IMG/VR virus record: IMGVR_UViG_3300048598_000575
Location: 1 to 32,238 of that record
Direction: 5' to 3' (one strand)
Origin: a virus
Taxonomy: Duplodnaviria > Caudoviricetes
DNA: 32,238 bases
Positions 26,178 through 32,238 of the stretch are shown piece by piece. The notes beneath the pieces were generated by a model. It was not told the origin of the DNA. It saw only the letters and a program-made list of their open reading frames with translations, and searched no databases. The translations under genes were made by a program, and so were the position numbers. Numbering within the stretch: position 1 is the first letter of the stretch; each line of letters opens with the position of its first letter.

Positions 26178-26964
26178 CTGGCGATTTTCTGGGGTCCCGC
26201 TCTTTGGGGCGGGATCTCTCTACCTCACGACCGATTTTGATGACGCGGATGAGCTGCCCCCCCTGCGCGGAGACAACCCCACCATCCCCATGCGTGAGGG
26301 GCGCATCGACGTGGCGCAGATGTACGATCAGCGCAAGATCAGCATGGGGATCTACGCAGAGGCTAACTCGGTCTCAGGCTATGAGAGCGGCATGGATGCG
26401 CTGCGCCAGGTCATGGGCGTGGGCAAAAGCGGACTGCTCGAGCGCATCATGGAGGATGGCAGCGTGCGTCAGGCTGCCGCTAAGGTGACGGCCATCGCTG
26501 CCAAACGGGTTACCCCAAATGCGGCCAAACTCACGGTCGATTTTTTGCTGGCCAGCCCGTTTTTTAGAGGGCAAACAAAATTTTCACAGACTATTTCGGT
26601 GGCGGCCAGCCCCACGACCGCCAGCTTGACCAACCCGGGCACGGCTGCAGACCGCAGTGCGGTGATCACCCTGACGGGTCCGCTGAGCTATCCCAAGCTA
26701 ACCAATCTCATCACTGATCTGATCGACGGTACCGCTCGAAACGTCTGGATGGCCTACAACGCGGTCATCCAGTCAGGCGAGGTGATCGTAGTTGACGTCG
26801 GCGCGGGTACATGCCTCTCTGGCTCGACCAACAAACTGGCTAACCTCATCCACTCTGGTGACGCCTATCACATGCTAATTTTGGCAGGTACAAACTCGCT
26901 AAAAATCGAGGCCAGCGGCACCGGCGGGTCGATCAAAATCGAGTTTTATCCGCCCTATTTTTAG
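26170..26964 (+). CDS. Distal tail (Dit)-like protein
   Basis: Follows the tape measure; F...PFF, N.GT, L..G.N.L motifs. Confidence 0.8.
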   Translation: MSNWRFSGVPLFGAGSLYLTTDFDDADELPPLRGDNPTIPMREGRIDVAQMYDQRKISMGIYAEANSVSGYESGMDALRQVMGVGKSGLLERIMEDGSVRQAAAKVTAIAAKRVTPNAAKLTVDFLLASPFFRGQTKFSQTISVAASPTTASLTNPGTAADRSAVITLTGPLSYPKLTNLITDLIDGTARNVWMAYNAVIQSGEVIVVDVGAGTCLSGSTNKLANLIHSGDAYHMLILAGTNSLKIEASGTGGSIKIEFYPPYF

Positions 26965-26975
26965 GAGGTCACGAA

Positions 26976-27821
26976 ATGCCTTATCCAACTTTACCGGCAC
27001 TTGCCATGCCTTACGACATCGATGGCACGATAGCCAAGGTGATCAGCGCCACCAGCGGCGTGATCAAAACGCTGAGCGGTGCAGAGCTGGCTGAGCTCAA
27101 CGACACCGATTATTCGTATGTAACCTGGGGGGCGGGCGCATACTATTTTGTGGTTTTTTTTCCGGAGCTGCGCGACATCAGTGCGTTTTTTGGGGTCGCC
27201 TGGCAAAACAATGGCATCTCCGGTAATGGTGCCATCGCCCTGGCGGCGCTGCAGTGGTCGGCAGATACCACCAATGGTCTGGATGGCACCTGGACTAACG
27301 CCGTGGCCGCCTATCCGCCAGCAGTGACCGACCTGGATAGCTGGCGCAAATCTATCAAAGCGTGCAGTGGCATTTCCGGGGCCAGCGCCATCCGTTTCTA
27401 CATATCTAACAATTTTTCCGGGTTGTATGCTCTGCATCTCTACGGCGTCAAACATAGCGGCGAGACACCTGACGACATTCGTTTTTTGGATGCCGAAAAC
27501 AGCGATGCCGAGTTTAGCACCTCGCTCGATTTTGCTGACATCCCGGCCGGATCGAGCGCGTTTTACCATCAAATCAAACTTAAAAACGCCTCTCCGACCA
27601 AGGGCGCCAACAACGTCCAGCTCACGGTTACCGATCCGCTGGATGACATCCGCGTAGGGGAGTCGAGCTCAGGCCCCTGGCAAACCAGCCTGACAATCAC
27701 CTCGATCGCGGCCAATACCGCCAGTGACATGATCTGGGTTAAATGCGAGACCGATGCCCCGCCGACCCCGCTCGGGCCCAACCGCGCATCACTGGCTGTC
27801 ACTGTTGGGAGCTGGACGTAA
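26976..27821 (+). CDS. Tail/baseplate protein
   Basis: AGGAGGT SD; S.DTTNG.DGTW motif; beta-rich. Confidence 0.6.
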   Translation: MPYPTLPALAMPYDIDGTIAKVISATSGVIKTLSGAELAELNDTDYSYVTWGAGAYYFVVFFPELRDISAFFGVAWQNNGISGNGAIALAALQWSADTTNGLDGTWTNAVAAYPPAVTDLDSWRKSIKACSGISGASAIRFYISNNFSGLYALHLYGVKHSGETPDDIRFLDAENSDAEFSTSLDFADIPAGSSAFYHQIKLKNASPTKGANNVQLTVTDPLDDIRVGESSSGPWQTSLTITSIAANTASDMIWVKCETDAPPTPLGPNRASLAVTVGSWT

Positions 27822-28106
27822 ATGGAGCGGGCATTTTACGTCTGCTACAACGTCGGCATGCAGCCGCTCAGCGTTGCCGCGCGTGACCTGAGGCCAACGT
27901 TTAATGTTGGCGTTGAAGAAAACCCGGTCGAGGCGCGTGACCTGGCGTTATATTTCAACATTGGCATCCAGGCGCTGAGCATGCTGGCACGGGCGATCTA
28001 CCTGTTTTTCTCGGTCACCGAAAATGCGGGCGAGGGTGATGGGCTGGAGATGCTCCTGGTGGACAGCGACAATTTGACGGTTGAGGCAATTTTGCGAGGC
28101 AAATGA
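27822..28106 (+). CDS. Small tail protein with four ~18-19-aa repeats
   Basis: ERAFYVCYNVG, ARDLRPTFNVG, ARDLALYFNIG, ARAIYLFFSVT. Confidence 0.6.
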   Translation: MERAFYVCYNVGMQPLSVAARDLRPTFNVGVEENPVEARDLALYFNIGIQALSMLARAIYLFFSVTENAGEGDGLEMLLVDSDNLTVEAILRGK

Positions 28107-30130
28107 TGCAATTTTACATAGAGATTGATAAGCCAGATTCAGGCAGCTTGTCGATCAGCAAAAACGATCCAGTTTACAGTCAGATTGAGATTGGCAAGCT
28201 GATCAAGGTCGTCTATCGCGGTCAACCGCGCGGGTCGGGTGGGTTTTTTGTCGAAAATATCCAGCGCGACGATGTCAAAAGCGGCGATCTGGGCGAGGAA
28301 TGGGTCAAAATCACCGGCAGGGGAGCGCTCTCGATCCTCGAGGATGCGATCGTCGGCTATGACGAGAGCGGCGAGGCGCAGCGCTCTTTTGCCAGCCAGA
28401 CCATGGCCGGGATGCTGATCACGCTGCTTACCGAGGCGCAGGCACGAGGGTGTTTTCCAAAATTGCGCTGGAATTTTTCGGCGGTGATGGATTCAGCCGG
28501 GGATGCCTGGGAAGATCTGCAACCGCTGAGTTTTTCGGTGGAGTCATCGCTGCTGGATGTGCTGGCCTCGATGACCGACCTGGGCATCGATTTTAAAATG
28601 AGTTACGACTGGGTATTGGGCGATTATGTGCTCTATGGCTATGCCCTGGGCATTGGTGATCTGCAATCTGGGGTAGTCTTCCGCAAAGGGCTCAACGCGG
28701 CCGAAGTAACCGATACCCAGGAAAGCGGCGAACTCAAAAATGCCTACCTGGTGCAGTTTTCCGGTGGGTCAACCTGGGTCAATGATGCAGCCAGTGCCTC
28801 CGCCTATCGCAGACGCGAGGCCGCATTTTCGGCCGGATCAGCCGATAATGCCAGCGATGCCTCCATGTTGGCCAACGTACAGCTTGGTGATACCAAGGAT
28901 CCAAAACGCCAGATATCGATCAAGGTCAGCGACGCTGCCGGTCCGCGCGTTTTCGTCGACTACGGCATCGGCGATTGGGTCTACTACGATCGCGGCGACG
29001 GCCAGACGCCCAGCCTGTACCGCATCCGTGCCATGACGCTCGACTGGGGCGACATCCAGTATCCCTCGATCACCCTCGATCTCAACTCGATTTTGCTGGA
29101 GCGCGAGATCAAAAACGAGATCGCGCTGCGAAAAATCGGCGGCGGCAACATCGGCTCAACGCTCAGCTCGCCCACCGATGCCGGGGCAGAGCTCACGCTG
29201 CATAAAACGGATGCCACTGCTCACTCAAGCCGTCCGCTGGGGGGCGATCTGGCCGGTACGCTGGGAGTGCCTGGTGTGGCCAAACTGCGCGGGGTTGCCC
29301 TGGATAATCCATTGACGATCAGCAACCACCAGGTGCTCAAATTTGACTCAGCCCTATCCAAACTGGTGGGCGCGGATGTGGACTGGACGGAGATCGCCAG
29401 CAAGCCAGGCACTTTCCCGCCCGCGGCGCATACCCACGTCGAGGCGGATATCACCGATCTGGATGCCGTGCCTGAGGCGCCGGTAGATGACAGCGAATAT
29501 GTACGCAAAAACGCGGGTTGGGTAGCCAACAGTGGCGGCAGCGGGGCCGACGTCAACGCGGTGCACGTCAACGAGGCGGCCGAGATCAATGGCATCACCG
29601 AAAAAACCTCCATTGCCACTGATGACTTGTTTTTGATCGAGGACTCGGCCAATAGTTATAACAAAAAACGGGTCAGAGCCAGCAATTTACCCGCAGGCGG
29701 GGGAGGATACGTTGGCAGTTTTGTGGTGCTGCCGCTGGCTTACTATACGTCGTCGGTCGGGACATGGATCCAGGAGATCCAGTCAAACATGTATACCTAT
29801 TTTCGGGTGGTTAATTCTTCGGGTGCCCAAAATGATTATCTTGAGTGGCATGAGATATTGCTGAGAGCTGGCACCTATAAAGTAAAACTTTTAACTCACG
29901 CCGACAACAACCGCGGCATAGTGACGATCACAGTCGACAGTACAGATATCGGCACGATTGATCTATATGCTGGCTCGACGACGCTTAACACGTATCGGAC
30001 GGCGACGGGGTTGGTCGTATCGACAACCGGATTACATGCAATACGGTTGACGGGAAAAACAAAAAACGCATCATCGAGCGGCTATTCATTACCGCTCGGT
30101 GATGCAATATTCATACGCACTGGAGATTAA
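28103..30130 (+). CDS. Tail tip (Tal/hub-like) protein with fibre extension, foldon-like motif and CBM-like C-terminus
   Basis: Hub-like N-terminus (DYGIGDWV), KP.TFPP..HTH..DI.DL fibre repeat, PEAP.D..YVRK..W, and a beta-sandwich C-terminus. Confidence 0.75.
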   Translation: MMQFYIEIDKPDSGSLSISKNDPVYSQIEIGKLIKVVYRGQPRGSGGFFVENIQRDDVKSGDLGEEWVKITGRGALSILEDAIVGYDESGEAQRSFASQTMAGMLITLLTEAQARGCFPKLRWNFSAVMDSAGDAWEDLQPLSFSVESSLLDVLASMTDLGIDFKMSYDWVLGDYVLYGYALGIGDLQSGVVFRKGLNAAEVTDTQESGELKNAYLVQFSGGSTWVNDAASASAYRRREAAFSAGSADNASDASMLANVQLGDTKDPKRQISIKVSDAAGPRVFVDYGIGDWVYYDRGDGQTPSLYRIRAMTLDWGDIQYPSITLDLNSILLEREIKNEIALRKIGGGNIGSTLSSPTDAGAELTLHKTDATAHSSRPLGGDLAGTLGVPGVAKLRGVALDNPLTISNHQVLKFDSALSKLVGADVDWTEIASKPGTFPPAAHTHVEADITDLDAVPEAPVDDSEYVRKNAGWVANSGGSGADVNAVHVNEAAEINGITEKTSIATDDLFLIEDSANSYNKKRVRASNLPAGGGGYVGSFVVLPLAYYTSSVGTWIQEIQSNMYTYFRVVNSSGAQNDYLEWHEILLRAGTYKVKLLTHADNNRGIVTITVDSTDIGTIDLYAGSTTLNTYRTATGLVVSTTGLHAIRLTGKTKNASSSGYSLPLGDAIFIRTGD

Positions 30131-30131
30131 C

Positions 30132-31154
30132 ATGATCAGTCTTACCGAGCTATACCGATACCAGGCCGGCGCCAGATATGATCTCATGCGCAGCGTCGTT
30201 GGTCTGCGCGGTGTCTATGCCAAGATCACCCAGGGCATCAACTGGGTCGATCCGCTCTATGCCATCCACCGCGACGGCATCGTCGACGTGGCTGGGCTCG
30301 ATTTTGGGGTGCTGCATTTTTTGGATTATGCCAACTACACATCTGGGCGCGAGGCTGCCTTCGGAGCCGCGCAGGCAGAATTTTGCTTTACCCAGTACAT
30401 GCAGCGGCCGGTGGCCAACCTGCCAACAGTGCTGGATATGGAGACCAACGACGGTGTAGGGTCGTGGCCAGCACTCTCGAATAATAATATAGGCCGCGTC
30501 CTGACGATCGCACTGGCTTTTTGCAACCGCTGGCAGCAACTGGCTGGATATTTTCCGTGGGTGTATACCCACCCGTGGATAACGGACCGGATGTGGAATT
30601 TTTTAGAAGGGGAGTGGTTTTTGCCGCGTTATCAACTTTTGCAGGCCCAGCATAATTTTTACCAGGCCGGAAAGCTAATTAAAAAAGGCGAATATTACCA
30701 GCCCGAGATCGATCACTTTTTAGGGGATCGAGAGCTGGAGGCATACATCCCGCCGACGGTCGAGACAAAATACGCGAAGCAGGTCAAGATTTTTCAGTAC
30801 GCCTCCACGCTCCTGGCGCGCGGGGTGATCGGTATCCCGGGCTACATCGATGCCGACGTCTGGCTGGGCACAGATGACGAGTACGAGGTTTTTGCAGGGC
30901 ATAAAAGTGCTCCGCTGGCATCCGCTGAGGACGGCCCCGCGATCACGCGCATGCAGGTGGTCAACTGCTGGCTGGGGCTCACCATCCGCGAGGGACCGTC
31001 GCGTTCCGCGCGTAAGATCGGCGGGCTGAGCAACGGCACGAAAATCGAGACCATCGAGCGCGTCCAGGAGGGCGCGAATTGGTGGCGCCACCTCAAATCT
31101 GGTGGTTATGCGGCCGAGCAATATGGCAGCGCAGTCTATCTCAAGCAGGTCTGA
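30132..31154 (+). CDS. GH25-like endolysin with C-terminal SH3b-like domain
   Basis: YQ..YAKITQG, G..HF, VLDME, VYT, FQY..GI.G..D.D; then LTIREGPS...IG.L..G...GY. Confidence 0.82.
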   Translation: MISLTELYRYQAGARYDLMRSVVGLRGVYAKITQGINWVDPLYAIHRDGIVDVAGLDFGVLHFLDYANYTSGREAAFGAAQAEFCFTQYMQRPVANLPTVLDMETNDGVGSWPALSNNNIGRVLTIALAFCNRWQQLAGYFPWVYTHPWITDRMWNFLEGEWFLPRYQLLQAQHNFYQAGKLIKKGEYYQPEIDHFLGDRELEAYIPPTVETKYAKQVKIFQYASTLLARGVIGIPGYIDADVWLGTDDEYEVFAGHKSAPLASAEDGPAITRMQVVNCWLGLTIREGPSRSARKIGGLSNGTKIETIERVQEGANWWRHLKSGGYAAEQYGSAVYLKQV

Positions 31155-31208
31155 TCATCATGATCCACGAGAGAGATCCCACCCTGTAGATATATCCGTA
31201 TATGTATA

Positions 31209-31243
31209 GACAGCGCCTCTGATTCCGAGGTGCTGTTCTATTT
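31209..31243 (+). terminator. Probable late-operon terminator
   Basis: GACAGCGCCTC-tgattcc-GAGGTGCTGTT followed by CTATTT. Confidence 0.6.
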
Positions 31244-31272
31244 ATAGAACAAAAGATTAGAGATTGAAACGA

Positions 31273-31315
31273 ATACCGTTATATGTATTGACAAATACAT
31301 ATAACGGTATATAAT
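31273..31315 (+). promoter_or_regulatory. Consensus promoter inside a perfect 17-bp inverted repeat
   Basis: TTGACA (31288-31293), 16 nt, TATAAT (31310-31315). Repeat: ATACCGTTATATGTATT-gaca-AATACATATAACGGTAT. Confidence 0.88.
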
Positions 31316-31360
31316 AATATATGTAAGCGAAACAGACAATAAAAAAAAAGGAGATAAAAA

Positions 31361-31714
31361 ATGGAAACGACATTCGCAGCTTTACCGATCAAAGCACACT
31401 TCACGGCTCTCTATAACGGCACCTCATATACTAAAATCGATGGAAAACGAGCTCAGGAAAACGGATACAACGCCGGTTATATGGCCCCAGACACAAAAGT
31501 GGAATGCGCCGAGCTCGACAACAATGTATCTTCTACCCAAACAGTGGCCTCAACAGTTCGCATGGCAACAACCAAACAAATCGCGTACATCACTGATTTG
31601 ATGGCTCGCTACGGGAGAGAGTTCAAAAAACCAGAAAATTTCACGCTGGAAGACGCGAGTAATTTTATCGACACAATTTTGCATGAACCGACCGCTTTGA
31701 ACCTTTTTGACTAA
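31361..31714 (+). CDS. Hypothetical protein
   Basis: AAGGAG SD; C-terminal ATxKQ..YI..L...T..AS..ID helical motif. Confidence 0.8.
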   Translation: METTFAALPIKAHFTALYNGTSYTKIDGKRAQENGYNAGYMAPDTKVECAELDNNVSSTQTVASTVRMATTKQIAYITDLMARYGREFKKPENFTLEDASNFIDTILHEPTALNLFD

Positions 31715-31727
31715 GCCCGAAAGGGCT

Positions 31728-31776
31728 GGTCTATCGGCTGAACGCCGGTACTGATGAGCCCCAGCAGGGCGAAACC
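31728..31776 (+). ncRNA. Type III hammerhead ribozyme
   Basis: GGUC (cleavage after C31731); stem I UAUCGGC/GCCGGUA with loop UGAAC; core CUGAUGA; stem II GCCC/GGGC with loop CAGCA; GAA; ACC pairs with GGU to form stem III. Confidence 0.9.
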
Positions 31777-31794
31777 CAAAAAAAGGAGAAAAAA

Positions 31795-32238
31795 ATGCAC
31801 CCGAACGATGATATGAGCCGCGTTGTCAGCGGAAAACGCTACACTGTAAAAACTGCCATCCTCCTGGCCTCAGACGAATACTGGGACGGCAACAATTTTG
31901 AGCATGGTGGCCGCAACATTTTCCTTTACAAAACCCGCGGCGGAGCATTTTTCCAGGTCACGCTTACCCAGTGGCAGGGAGAAAAAGACACGATCACCCC
32001 ACTCTCCCGTGAAGAAGCGATGGAACTTTATGAAAGTCTGCGCGAGCATGACGTTGATTACGAAAAAGCCTTTGACGCAGTCGTCGAAGAGGCGAACTCT
32101 GGCAGACCCACCTATTTTGATCAGCCGATGCGGCAAACCGCGATCTGGCTGCCTGAGGACATGATCGCCTGGCTAAAATCCACTGGGGGGATGGGGGACA
32201 AAGTCCGTGATTTGATCGCGGAGGCAATGAAAAAGTAG
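31795..32238 (+). CDS. Two-domain protein: uncharacterised N-terminal domain plus C-terminal RHH/BrnA-like DNA-binding domain
   Basis: GKRY...TA..L, LYKT..G.FF, I.PLS.EEA; then GRP...MRQTAIWLPEDMIAWLK....VRDLI..AM. AAGGAG SD. Confidence 0.75.
   Translation: MHPNDDMSRVVSGKRYTVKTAILLASDEYWDGNNFEHGGRNIFLYKTRGGAFFQVTLTQWQGEKDTITPLSREEAMELYESLREHDVDYEKAFDAVVEEANSGRPTYFDQPMRQTAIWLPEDMIAWLKSTGGMGDKVRDLIAEAMKK

Larger units (their letters stand above)
1..32238. mobile_element. Temperate siphovirus-like phage/prophage (possibly phage-plasmid), near complete
   Basis: Immunity switch, replication, partition, packaging, HK97-type head, non-contractile tail (no sheath gene recognised) and lysis modules in canonical order. 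No host housekeeping genes or att duplication seen in the window. Confidence 0.95.

Noticed and set aside
31235-31260. LexA (GAAC-N4-GTTC) box
   Set aside because: Only a partial match (GAAC-AAAA-GATT), and the adjacent palindrome has the reverse arrangement.
28103-31360. Diversity-generating retroelement or invertible tail-fibre cassette
   Set aside because: No reverse transcriptase, no template/variable repeat pair and no inverted alternative fibre ends were seen.
31361-32238. BrnT/BrnA toxin-antitoxin pair
   Set aside because: Only the C-terminal RHH resembles BrnA; the upstream gene lacks BrnT/RelE motifs.
1-32238. tRNA genes, attL/attR repeats and a specific host assignment
   Set aside because: No cloverleaf or terminal duplication was seen by eye. 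A Chloroflexota-like host is only an impression and cannot be supported without searches.

Overview
The window looks like a nearly complete temperate siphovirus-type phage or prophage of about 32 kb. It opens with a leftward TM2 membrane gene and HTH repressor. A rightward early operon follows: Cro-like regulator, Xer-like tyrosine recombinase, split DnaG-type primase plus P-loop helicase, iteron origin, D12-class adenine methyltransferase, ParA with an RHH-like partner, Lar-like protein, a stand-alone FtsK-gamma-like domain, and ASCH and zinc-ribbon proteins. The late operon carries holin-like genes, TerS/TerL, a portal-MuF fusion, HK97 protease and capsid, connectors, tail tube, a -1 frameshifted tail chaperone, tape measure, Dit, tail tip/fibre and a GH25-SH3 endolysin. 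A separate, apparently autoregulated two-gene operon ends the window. Three signals stand out: (1) a complete type III hammerhead ribozyme between the two terminal genes; (2) a Xer-like recombinase, a symmetric dif-like 14-7-14 site and a free FtsK-gamma-like protein in one phage; (3) ParA, a palindrome array and P4-like iterons, suggesting a phage-plasmid lifestyle. All calls were made by eye from motifs; no database searches were run and the host is not determined.
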